From Prevotellaceae bacterium (GTDB lineage: Bacteria; Bacteroidota; Bacteroidia; Bacteroidales; UBA932), in contig JAIRMW010000136.1 of NCBI GenBank assembly GCA_031258415.1, positions 1-44,464 of the forward strand: 44,464 nucleotides of DNA. Reading direction: 5' to 3'. Position 1 is the first letter of the stretch, and every line of letters begins with the position of its first letter. This document shows, one piece after another, positions 17,520 through 25,683 of the stretch. The translations under genes and the position numbers were made by a program. The notes beneath the pieces were generated by a model that did no database searches, was not told the origin of the DNA, and saw nothing but the letters and a program-made list of their open reading frames with translations.

Positions 17520-18209
17520 ATGGAACGCATGATCTCCCCGCACAACCCCGCCGCCGCCGCCCCGCGCCGCCCCGTCCTTTGCACGTCGCTGGCCGGCTAT
17601 GATTATCGGGACTGCCGGCAGGTCGCGGCGCAGAGCGAAATGGCCGAAATCCGCATCGACACCATGACCCTCGCCGTCGAGCAAACGGAAGAGCTTTTCC
17701 AACCGGCGCCCGTCCCGCTCATCGCCGCCTGCCGCGCCGGAAAAATGCCGGACGCCCGACGCGAACAACACCTGCGAACCGCCATACACGCCGGAGCCGC
17801 CTACGTCGACGTGGAAATCGACGCGCCATACAAAGAACGCCTCCTCCGCGACGCCCGAACGCACGGCTCTAAAGTGATCCTCTCGTACCATCATTTCGAC
17901 GGTACGCCGCCGTCCGGCGTATTGCAAACCCTCGTGCGGCAAATGCGTGCATGGAACCCCGACGTGCTGAAAATCGTCCCCTACGCCCGCTCGTCGACCG
18001 ACAGCCTGCGGGTGCTGGCGCTCTACGAAACCGAACCCAACCTGCTGGCCTTCTGTATGGGCGCCGCCGGGCGCTTTTCTCGCATCGCCGCCGGCCTGCT
18101 GGGCGCCCCCTTCGTCTATGCCTTTCCCGACAACGGGAAGCCTTCGGCCGACGGGCAGCTCTCCGTCTCGCAACTGAAAACCCTGTTCCGAATACTGCAT
18201 ACCGAATGA
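17520..18209 (+). CDS. aroD: Type I 3-dehydroquinate dehydratase
   Basis: EIRIDT, SYHHFDGTP, and the Schiff-base lysine context DVLKIVPYA. GTG at 17517 or ATG at 17520 are both possible starts. Confidence 0.8.
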   Translation: MERMISPHNPAAAAPRRPVLCTSLAGYDYRDCRQVAAQSEMAEIRIDTMTLAVEQTEELFQPAPVPLIAACRAGKMPDARREQHLRTAIHAGAAYVDVEIDAPYKERLLRDARTHGSKVILSYHHFDGTPPSGVLQTLVRQMRAWNPDVLKIVPYARSSTDSLRVLALYETEPNLLAFCMGAAGRFSRIAAGLLGAPFVYAFPDNGKPSADGQLSVSQLKTLFRILHTE

Positions 18210-18323
18210 GGAATAATCGACGGTCGGACTGCCCGCAGGAACCCATGCCGTCCCGAAAACAACAGGAAAACAAAATAGCCCATCCTATTTATATAAATCG
18301 TTTAACTACAAAATAAACAAGCC

Positions 18324-19109
18324 ATGATGAAATTTGCACTGACCGGACAACAGATTATGCACAGCAAAAGCCCCGCCCTGTTTGCCGCAGCCTATCACAA
18401 TCACCGGCGATATTCCTACGAACTACTGCCTGCTACAACCATCGGACAGGCCATGAGTTTATTTCATTCATTGTCCCTGCTGGGAATGAACGTTACTGCC
18501 CCCTATAAACAGAAAGTGCTGGTATACCTCGACAAATTTAGCAAGGAGGTCGAGCAGGTAGGCGCCGCCAACGTCGTCCTTCGACAGGGCGGCCAGTTGG
18601 TAGCCTACAACACCGACGTCGTCGGCGTAACCGATGCGTTTATCCAGAACGGCGTGGCCATACAGGGCAAAACCGCCCTTGTGTTAGGCGCCGGGGGAGC
18701 CGGACAGGCGGCTACCTACGCCCTGAAAAAGGGAGGCGCCCGCGTGTTCTGGGCGAACCGCTCAATCGCCGGCATCAAAACGGTAGCAAAACACTATAAG
18801 GTGGACTGCCTGCCGTTAGACGACGTCTCGAAACACCTCGCCGAAGTCAATTTGGTTGTAAACACCCTGCCCGTTATGGCGCCCGCACTGGAAAACCTCC
18901 CCCTGAACGAAACCCACGTGGTGCTCGACGCCGACTACAAACACAACCCGCTGGCCAAACTGTCCGCCGAACGCCATGCTCGCTACATCAGCGGGCTGTC
19001 GTGGCTATTGTGGCAGGCCGTCCCCGCGTTCTTCTATTTCACCGGCGTAATGCCCGATGTGCCGGCGATGAAGCGGGTTTTATTTCCGAGCAACGATTTC
19101 CCATTATAA
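18324..19109 (+). CDS. aroE: Shikimate dehydrogenase
   Basis: HSKSP, NVTAPYKQ, YNTD and GAGGAG motifs. Confidence 0.85.
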   Translation: MMKFALTGQQIMHSKSPALFAAAYHNHRRYSYELLPATTIGQAMSLFHSLSLLGMNVTAPYKQKVLVYLDKFSKEVEQVGAANVVLRQGGQLVAYNTDVVGVTDAFIQNGVAIQGKTALVLGAGGAGQAATYALKKGGARVFWANRSIAGIKTVAKHYKVDCLPLDDVSKHLAEVNLVVNTLPVMAPALENLPLNETHVVLDADYKHNPLAKLSAERHARYISGLSWLLWQAVPAFFYFTGVMPDVPAMKRVLFPSNDFPL

Positions 19110-19121
19110 AATCGTCCGACG

Positions 19122-19856
19122 ATGCGCTACTTTATAAACCTCTCCTATAAAGGAACAAACTACCACGGTTGGCAAATACAGGCCAACGCCTCCACCGTAC
19201 AAAGCGTGCTGAACGACGCCCTGTCGATATTGTTGGGCGAAACAATCCTCACTACCGGCGCCGGGCGCACCGATACCGGCGTCCATGCCGCCCGCTTTAC
19301 GGCGCACTTCGACAGCCTGCGCTTAGCCGACTTCCCGGAAAACCCCGGCGTCGTGCATAAACTGAACGGAATCCTCCCCGACGATATTTGCGTGGCCGAC
19401 GTCGTCCCCATGCCCGACGATGCGCATGCCCGATTCGACGCCGTCAGCCGCACCTATAAATATTATATACATACCCATAAAAACCCTTTCCTGACGGAAG
19501 TCTCTACATGGATCCCCTTTCCCCTCAACCGGCAGGCCATGAACGATGCGGCGCAGATGCTCTCCCAATATACCGACTTTACCAGCTTCGCCAAGCTCCA
19601 TACGCAGACCAAAACAAACCTCTGCCGCATTACGCAGGCCGTCTGGGAACCGACCGACAGCGGGCTGGTCTTTACGATTTCCTCCAACCGCTTTCTTCGC
19701 AACATGGTGCGTGCCATCGTCGGCGCCCTGATTGACGTCGGACGGGGGAAAATCTCCTGCGACGACATGCGCCGGATCATCGAACAAAAAAATCAATTCG
19801 GCGTCGGCTATTCCGTGCCGGCCAAAGGACTCTTCCTGACGGAAATTAGCTATTAA
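19122..19856 (+). CDS. truA: tRNA pseudouridine(38-40) synthase
   Basis: YKGTNYHGWQIQ and the catalytic GAGRTDTGVHA. Confidence 0.9.
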   Translation: MRYFINLSYKGTNYHGWQIQANASTVQSVLNDALSILLGETILTTGAGRTDTGVHAARFTAHFDSLRLADFPENPGVVHKLNGILPDDICVADVVPMPDDAHARFDAVSRTYKYYIHTHKNPFLTEVSTWIPFPLNRQAMNDAAQMLSQYTDFTSFAKLHTQTKTNLCRITQAVWEPTDSGLVFTISSNRFLRNMVRAIVGALIDVGRGKISCDDMRRIIEQKNQFGVGYSVPAKGLFLTEISY

Positions 19857-20038
19857 TGCGTAAGGCGTGCGCACGGCGGACTGCGAACGGAAGATTAGCC
19901 GGTTACGACCCGAAAAAAAGACCGGATTACGAGGCGTCGTAAACGAAATCGCGAACCGCGCCCCATGCACCGATCGCCTTTTTGCAAATCAATCGCCGGC
20001 TGTTATAAAATAAATTTTGTCACCATTTAATAATTGTA

Positions 20039-20046
20039 TACATTTG
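20039..20046 (+). promoter_or_regulatory. -7 promoter box TACATTTG for MFS transporter
   Basis: gtatacatttgcagc, 38 nt upstream of the ATG at 20084. Confidence 0.5.
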
Positions 20047-20083
20047 CAGCGGGTTTTTTAACTTAAACTTTAAATTTTATTGT

Positions 20084-21382
20084 ATGACACAACAAAAACA
20101 GAAAGGCAACATCGTTGCCATCATTATGATGATACTCCTTTTCGGGATGATATCATTCGTTACAAATCTGGCTGCCCCCATGGGCATCGTATTGAAAAAT
20201 CAGTTTGGCGTATCAAACTTTGCCGGACTATTGGGTAATGCAGCCAATTTCATTGCGTATGCGGTGATGGGTATTCCAAGCGGTATCCTGCTCCAGCGGG
20301 CGGGTTACAAAAAAACCGCCTTGATAGCTATTGCCGTAGGTTTTATCGGAGTAGGCGTTCAATACCTCTCCGGGTATGCGGGGCATGAAGCCGCTTTCGG
20401 CATTTACCTGACGGGAGCCTTCATTGCAGGATTTTCGATGTGTTTGCTTAACACGGTGGTTAATCCGATGCTCAACACGTTGGGCGGTAGTGGAAACAAG
20501 GGAAACCAACTCATTCAAATCGGCGGCTCGTTCAACTCCGTAATGGCCACGTTGACGCCGATGATTGTGGGCATGCTGATTGGCGATGCGGCGAAAGCCA
20601 AAATCACGGACATCTTTCCCTTCATGTATGCAGCGATGGGCGTATTCGCCGTTGTATTCATCGTAATGTGGCTGGTCAGCATCCCGGAACCTCACGCCGA
20701 GCAATCGACCGAGCCGCTTGGAAAACTGATGTCGGGCGCCTTGAAATTCCGCCATTTCATATTGGGCGCCATCGGGATTTTCGTATACGTAGGCGTTGAA
20801 GTCGGTACGCCCGGTATTTTAAATCTGTTCCTCGTAGACGCGGCCATCCCGAACCCCCTAAACACCACCACGGCCGGCTTTGTGGCGGGCACCTATTGGC
20901 TGCTGATGATGGTCGGGCGCTTAATAGGCGCGTCGGTCGGCGGAAAAATATCAAGCAAAACGATGCTCGCCGCCGCATCAAGCATCGGCTTGATACTGGC
21001 GCTTTTTGCGATCTTCTTACCCAGCAGGATAGAAGTCGCTTTACCGGTATTGAAAAGCATAGACGGCGTTACCTCGTTTGGCTTCCTCGATGTGCCCATC
21101 AACGCGGCCTTTCTGGTATTGATAGGCTTCTGCACCTCGATCATGTGGGGCAGCATCTTCAATCTCGCGGTAGAAGGATTGGGCAAATACCTTGCCGCGG
21201 CGTCGGGGATATTCATGGTACTGGTATGCGGAGGCGGAGTACTTCCCGCATTACAGGGATTCATTGCCGACGTGGCAGGCTATATGCCCAGCTATTGGGT
21301 AGTGATCGCCGGATTGGCCTACCTCCTGTTCTATGCGCTTGTCGGCAGCAAAAATGTAAATAAAACCATTCCGGTCGACTAA
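20084..21382 (+). CDS. Sugar MFS transporter (FucP / glucose-galactose transporter family)
   Basis: 432 aa with about 12 TM helices. The N-terminal pattern FVTNLAAPMGIVLKNQF...GIPSGILLQRAGYKK is typical of FucP/GluP-type permeases. Confidence 0.8.
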   Translation: MTQQKQKGNIVAIIMMILLFGMISFVTNLAAPMGIVLKNQFGVSNFAGLLGNAANFIAYAVMGIPSGILLQRAGYKKTALIAIAVGFIGVGVQYLSGYAGHEAAFGIYLTGAFIAGFSMCLLNTVVNPMLNTLGGSGNKGNQLIQIGGSFNSVMATLTPMIVGMLIGDAAKAKITDIFPFMYAAMGVFAVVFIVMWLVSIPEPHAEQSTEPLGKLMSGALKFRHFILGAIGIFVYVGVEVGTPGILNLFLVDAAIPNPLNTTTAGFVAGTYWLLMMVGRLIGASVGGKISSKTMLAAASSIGLILALFAIFLPSRIEVALPVLKSIDGVTSFGFLDVPINAAFLVLIGFCTSIMWGSIFNLAVEGLGKYLAAASGIFMVLVCGGGVLPALQGFIADVAGYMPSYWVVIAGLAYLLFYALVGSKNVNKTIPVD

Positions 21383-21395
21383 CGAAAACAACTAC

Positions 21396-21421
21396 AACCG
21401 CCGCAAACCGTTGCGGCGGTT
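21396..21421 (+). terminator. Perfect 11-bp stem hairpin after MFS transporter
   Basis: AACCGCCGCAA accg TTGCGGCGGTT, 14 nt after the stop codon. There is no clear T-tract. Confidence 0.55.
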
Positions 21422-21447
21422 GCGTGGTTCGCACTTTGTCTAGAAGC

Positions 21448-21481
21448 AAACGCCCTGTCAATATCCATTGGCAGGGCGTTT
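21448..21481. terminator. 10-bp stem hairpin between convergent genes
   Basis: AAACGCCCTG tcaatatccattgg CAGGGCGTTT. It lies between the MFS transporter (+) and the response regulator (-). Confidence 0.4.
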
Positions 21482-21551
21482 GTGATGACAGGGGGAGCCG
21501 CCCGTGCGGACGGCAACCGTCGTTTTCGGACGGACGGGGGCGGCGCGGGGC

Positions 21552-22721
21552 TTAGCCCGGGCCGCCCGCCGGGTTCGCATAGCGCTCCACATCGTTCTCC
21601 GTGATCGTTTTGTCGCAAAGAATAATCAGGCGCTCTATCACATTGCGAAATTCGCGAATATTGCCCTTCCATCTCTGCCCTTGCAGCCGGGCGATAGCGT
21701 CGGCGGTAATGACCGGCCGGGCGCGCCCGTAGTCGGCGCATATTTGCGTAATAAAAAAATCGGCCAGCAGCGGGATGTCGTCCCGACGCTCGTCTAAGGC
21801 CGGAACGTGGATGATAATCACGCCTATGCGATGGTACAGGTCGTCGCGGAACGCGCCCCGCTCCATTTCGTCCTGAAGGCGCTTGTTGGTGGCCGCCACC
21901 ACCCGTACATCGACGGACAGATCGGCGTCGCTGCCGATACGGGTGATCCGGTTTTCCTGCAACACGCGCAACACCTTGGCCTGCGCAGCGGGGCTCATGT
22001 CGCCAATCTCGTCGAGAAACAGCGTGCCGCCGTGAGCCTGCTCGAATTTTCCCTTATGCTGCTTGATGGCCGATGTAAACGAGCCTTTTTCGTGTCCGAA
22101 CAGTTCGCTCTCGATCAACTCGCCGGGGATAGCCGCGCAGTTCACTTCGATAAACGGCCCGGCGGCGCGGCGGCTTTTTTCGTGCAGCCAGCGGGCGACC
22201 AGCTCTTTGCCCGTCCCGCTGGGGCCGGTTATCAGGACGCGGGCGTCGGTGGGCGCCACGCGCTCAATCAACTCGCGGATGTGCATAATCGCCGCCGACG
22301 CCCCGATGATCTCCGGCGTTTTACCGATTTGCCGCTTCAGGTTCTTCGTTTCGTTTACTAAATGAGCGCGTTCGCCGGCGTTGCGCACGCAGATAAGAAT
22401 CCGGTTCAGGTCTAACGGCTTTTCGAGATAATCGTAAGCGCCTTTCTTGATGCATTCTACCGCCGTGTCGATACTGCCGTGTCCCGAAATCATCACAACC
22501 GGCAGATCGGGCCGGATGGCTTGCAGCTTTTCCAGCACTTCGACGCCGTCCATGCCCTCCATTTTAATATCGCAGAACGCCATGTCGAACGCCGTTTGCC
22601 GGGCTAACTGCAGGGCGTCGGCCCCGTTGCCGGCCAGCGATACGCTGTATTTCTCATATTCCAAAATCCCCTTCAAAGTATTTCGGATGCTCCGGTCGTC
22701 GTCAATAATCAGAATTTTCAT
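21552..22721 (-). CDS. Sigma-54-dependent response regulator (NtrC-type receiver + AAA+), orphan
   Basis: Start is at MKILIIDDDRSIRN (ATG 22721). Walker A GPSGTGKE, a GAFTGA-variant ESELFGHEKGSFTSA, and RDDLYHRI. No histidine kinase gene is adjacent. Confidence 0.85.
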   Translation of the reverse strand: MKILIIDDDRSIRNTLKGILEYEKYSVSLAGNGADALQLARQTAFDMAFCDIKMEGMDGVEVLEKLQAIRPDLPVVMISGHGSIDTAVECIKKGAYDYLEKPLDLNRILICVRNAGERAHLVNETKNLKRQIGKTPEIIGASAAIMHIRELIERVAPTDARVLITGPSGTGKELVARWLHEKSRRAAGPFIEVNCAAIPGELIESELFGHEKGSFTSAIKQHKGKFEQAHGGTLFLDEIGDMSPAAQAKVLRVLQENRITRIGSDADLSVDVRVVAATNKRLQDEMERGAFRDDLYHRIGVIIIHVPALDERRDDIPLLADFFITQICADYGRARPVITADAIARLQGQRWKGNIREFRNVIERLIILCDKTITENDVERYANPAGGPG

Positions 22722-22762
22722 ATTACTCCATTTAGGGCGCAGGCGCTGATGCCTGTCCTGTG

Positions 22763-22770
22763 CAAAGATA
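22763..22770 (-). promoter_or_regulatory. -7 promoter box (TATCTTTG on minus strand) for response regulator
   Basis: Plus strand reads caaagata, 42 nt upstream of the ATG at 22721. Confidence 0.45.
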
Positions 22771-23048
22771 CGTATTTTAAAAAAATGGAACCCGACGCCC
22801 CCGTCCGGACATTCGCACAACAGTATAGTAAACCCTCGCAATCAACCCTCCGTATGGCCGCTGAAAGGCGGCGACGCGCTGCGAATTTCGTTCGTCCGGC
22901 GAGCTTGCAAGCCTGTTTGCGAGCCGGAAATCCGGTATACCCGACAGGAAATAACAATCCGGAGGCCATCGCCGCTCGCTGCCGACCCGTCGTCGTCGAA
23001 AGCGGCTCGTTTGAATGGCCTTTTTTATCCGGCGACGGCTATTTTTCG

Positions 23049-23111
23049 TTCAATGACACGTGTCATCATTTCAATGACACGTGTCATTACTTCGATGACA
23101 CGTGTCATTCG
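23049..23111. repeat. 3 x 21-bp tandem repeat, each with perfect 14-bp palindrome ATGACACGTGTCAT
   Basis: ttcaatgacacgtgtcatcat / ttcaatgacacgtgtcattac / ttcgatgacacgtgtcattcg, followed by a degenerate acaaatgtcttatgtc. Confidence 0.9.
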
Positions 23112-23392
23112 ACAAATGTCTTATGTCTTTTAGTAAAAAGTCCCCGTCATTAACGCCAAGATGGGGTTGATAAAGAGGTCGATGCAGCACCGCCGGGCGT
23201 CGAACCGTAGAAAAGACCTCGAGGGGCTCGCTGAAGCGCTGTAGACGGGAAGGGCTTGTCCGAACAGGTTTAAAAACCGTCCGGCGGCGGCGGCCTCTCC
23301 CGGCCTGTTGCGGCGCGCCGCCACGTCCTGCCGCCACGTCCCGCTGCGACGTTCCGCTACAGACGGCGAGGCCTGTCGGGGATCGGGGGAGC

Positions 23393-23434
23393 GCGTCCTT
23401 GATGGCCGCCGGCGGAAGGACGACGCCTTTTTTT
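23393..23434 (+). terminator. Rho-independent-type terminator on plus strand with no upstream annotated CDS
   Basis: CGTCCTT gatggccgccggcgg AAGGACG acgcc TTTTTTT. It lies just upstream of the cmk promoter box. Confidence 0.5.
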
Positions 23435-23466
23435 AATCCGTCGGTGCGGGACTGAAAAAAATCCTT

Positions 23467-23474
23467 TACCTTTG
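23467..23474 (+). promoter_or_regulatory. -7 promoter box TACCTTTG for cmk-ispH
   Basis: cctttacctttgcagggaaATG. Confidence 0.5.
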
Positions 23475-23481
23475 CAGGGAA

Positions 23482-24186
23482 ATGAACAGAACCATGCAGG
23501 ATAAAATTATTATTGCCATCGACGGACATTCGTCTACCGGAAAAAGCAGCTTCGCTAAAGCTATCGCCGCCCGTATGGGCTACCTGTACGTGGATACCGG
23601 CGCGATGTACCGGGCGGTTACGCTGTACGCCCTGCGCCACGGGCTGATCACCCGGCAGGGCGAGGTGGAGGAAGACGCGCTGGCCGCCGCGTTGCCCGCT
23701 ATTGATATTCGCTTCGTCAACGACGCCGACGGCCAACGGGCTACGTATCTGAACGGCGAGGATGTAGAACATGAAATCCGCGGTATCCGCGTTTCCGGTC
23801 ATGTGAGCCGTATCAGCGCCATCGCCGCCGTGCGCGAGCGTCTGGTGTATTTGCAGCAGCAAATGGGGCGTCGCAAGGGACTCGTGATGGACGGGCGCGA
23901 CATCGGGACGGTGGTTTTTCCTCAGGCTGAAATGAAAATCTTTATGACCGCCGACGCGCAGGTACGTGCGGAACGCCGATACCGGGAAATGAAAGAGAAG
24001 GGTCGCACCGTAACGTTCGACGACGTGCTGGCCAACGTCAGGCAACGCGATTACGAGGACGAGCACCGGCTCGTTACCCCCCTGCGCCGCGCCCCCGATG
24101 CGCTCCTGCTGGACAACAGCCGCCTCTCGCCGGAAGAGCAAATGGAATGGTTCTTCAATCAGTTAAAAAGACTAAACGAGGCGTAA
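23482..24186 (+). CDS. cmk: (d)CMP kinase
   Basis: P-loop IAIDGHSSTGKSS and YVDTGAMYRA. The start could instead be the ATG at 23494 (MQDK...). Confidence 0.9.
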   Translation: MNRTMQDKIIIAIDGHSSTGKSSFAKAIAARMGYLYVDTGAMYRAVTLYALRHGLITRQGEVEEDALAAALPAIDIRFVNDADGQRATYLNGEDVEHEIRGIRVSGHVSRISAIAAVRERLVYLQQQMGRRKGLVMDGRDIGTVVFPQAEMKIFMTADAQVRAERRYREMKEKGRTVTFDDVLANVRQRDYEDEHRLVTPLRRAPDALLLDNSRLSPEEQMEWFFNQLKRLNEA

Positions 24187-24227
24187 CGCTGCCGCCCGCG
24201 TCGCTCATCCTGTGTAGTATTCACTAC

Positions 24228-25094
24228 GTGTATATAGAAATTGATCATAAATCGGGTTTTTGCTATGGCGTCGTTCGCGCCATACAGACGGCGGAGCAGA
24301 TGCTCGACGCCGGCGAGCTGTTTTCGCTGGGCGAAATCGTGCATAACGACCGCGAACTGGATCGCCTGAAGAAAAAGGGCTTGCAGGTGCTTTCGTACGA
24401 CGGACTGGCGACCCTGCGGGATAAGAAGGTGCTTATCCGCGCGCATGGCGAACCGCCGGAAACCTACCGGACGGCTCGCGACCGGCGCCTGACGATCGTG
24501 GACTGCACCTGCCCGGTGGTGTTGAAGCTACAGGAGCGTATCAAAGCCTGCTATGCCGAACTCAAAACGCAAAACGGCCAGCTGCTTATTTTCGGTAAGC
24601 GCGGCCATGCCGAAGTCAACGGGCTGATCGGGCAGCTGGGGGGCGACGCATTAGTCGTCGAAAACGTCGCCCAGTTGGACGCCGTCGATTTCTCGCGCCC
24701 TGTTCGCCTGTTTTCGCAAACGACCAATAGCCCGCAGGCATTTCGAGCGTTGTGCGAGGCGGTGAAAGCCCGCATGCACCCGGGCGTTTCTTTTGAAGCC
24801 AGCAATACGATCTGCGGACAGGTGGCCGGACGCCAGCCGCAGTTGGCCGCTTTTGCCGCCCGCCATGACGTTGTGTTGTTTGTCAGCGGACGCAAAAGTT
24901 CCAACGGACAGGTGCTGTTTGCCGCCTGCCGGTCGGCCAATCCCCGCAGCTACCTGATTGAAGACGCCGGCGAAATAGAGGCCGGATGGTTTACCGCCTG
25001 CCGGTCTGTCGGCGTCTGCGGGGCTACCTCGACGCCCAAATGGCTCATGGAAGAGGTCGCGGCCACCGTCGCGAATCGGGAAGATATACCATGA
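24228..25094 (+). CDS. ispH: 4-hydroxy-3-methylbut-2-enyl diphosphate reductase
   Basis: YIEIDHKSGFCYGVVRAI, IVHN, and cysteine ligand contexts (DCTCPVV, NTICG). I chose GTG at 24228 as the start because the ORF-track start at 24147 overlaps cmk. Confidence 0.85.
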   Translation: MYIEIDHKSGFCYGVVRAIQTAEQMLDAGELFSLGEIVHNDRELDRLKKKGLQVLSYDGLATLRDKKVLIRAHGEPPETYRTARDRRLTIVDCTCPVVLKLQERIKACYAELKTQNGQLLIFGKRGHAEVNGLIGQLGGDALVVENVAQLDAVDFSRPVRLFSQTTNSPQAFRALCEAVKARMHPGVSFEASNTICGQVAGRQPQLAAFAARHDVVLFVSGRKSSNGQVLFAACRSANPRSYLIEDAGEIEAGWFTACRSVGVCGATSTPKWLMEEVAATVANREDIP

Positions 25095-25414
25095 CCGTGT
25101 AGGCCCCTCGTGCCTGTCGGACGACGTCCCCGTCCGTTTATCGTACGATGTATTGCGAAGCATTTTCGCCCGCCTTCTACCCGTTGCGCCGCTCAAAGCC
25201 TTTACTAAATATTAGCTGATTATACCTAAATATTTAATAGAAGGTTTCGTCGCCGGCGGCGATCGACGTAATATTATTTATTTATTTCCAAAATATTAAT
25301 TCAAGACCCAAAGCCGACGCTCCTTTTTCGGGATTAAAAACGGCCTCATTTTAACCGTGAAAATTCAACGAACGCTTTGTTCAATCCATTTTTTTTGTTT
25401 TTCTTTGTATTATC

Positions 25415-25456
25415 AAATGTGGACGTACACAAATTAAAATGTGGACGTACACAAAT
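25415..25456. promoter_or_regulatory. Two identical 20-bp direct repeats containing LacI-type operator-like half-palindrome TGTGGACGTACACA
   Basis: AAATGTGGACGTACACAAAT at 25415-25434 and at 25437-25456, a 22-bp period. The TGT..CG..ACA architecture is typical of LacI-family operators. A TTTCTTTG box-like element lies just upstream at 25400-25407. Confidence 0.5.
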
Positions 25457-25683
25457 GGAAAAAAGAATGTATAAATTAAAGCTGTTAACCGATATTACCT
25501 AAAGATTAATTTTCAAACCCGACGAATCGCCGTCCCCCCGCCGCCCCCCGGATTGACTTGTATAGCCCGTACAGTCCCGAAAGAAGCCGTGAAGGTCAAT
25601 GTAAGGAGCGCGTACACCGTTTTCGTCAATATGGAATAGCCGCGTAGCATCGGAGTTAAAAAGAGTATACAAAATACCATTAT

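Noticed and set aside
22749-23153. 134-aa ORF ending in FNDTCHH-FNDTCHY-FDDTCHS (Cys-His heptad repeats), tempting as a metal-binding peptide.
   Set aside because: Its start overlaps the divergent response-regulator promoter box. It shows no clear codon bias or start context, and the repeat part is simply the palindromic 21-mer array read in frame. It is kept only as a low-probability alternative to be tested by Ribo-seq.
23161-23240. GGGGTTGA... at 23162 resembles the 5' end of Bacteroidales tmRNA, and ggttcgacgcc on the minus strand resembles a T-arm.
   Set aside because: There is no tag-peptide reading frame (…ALAA stop), no 3' tRNA-like acceptor/CCA context and no foldable T-arm. No tRNA cloverleaf could be built either.
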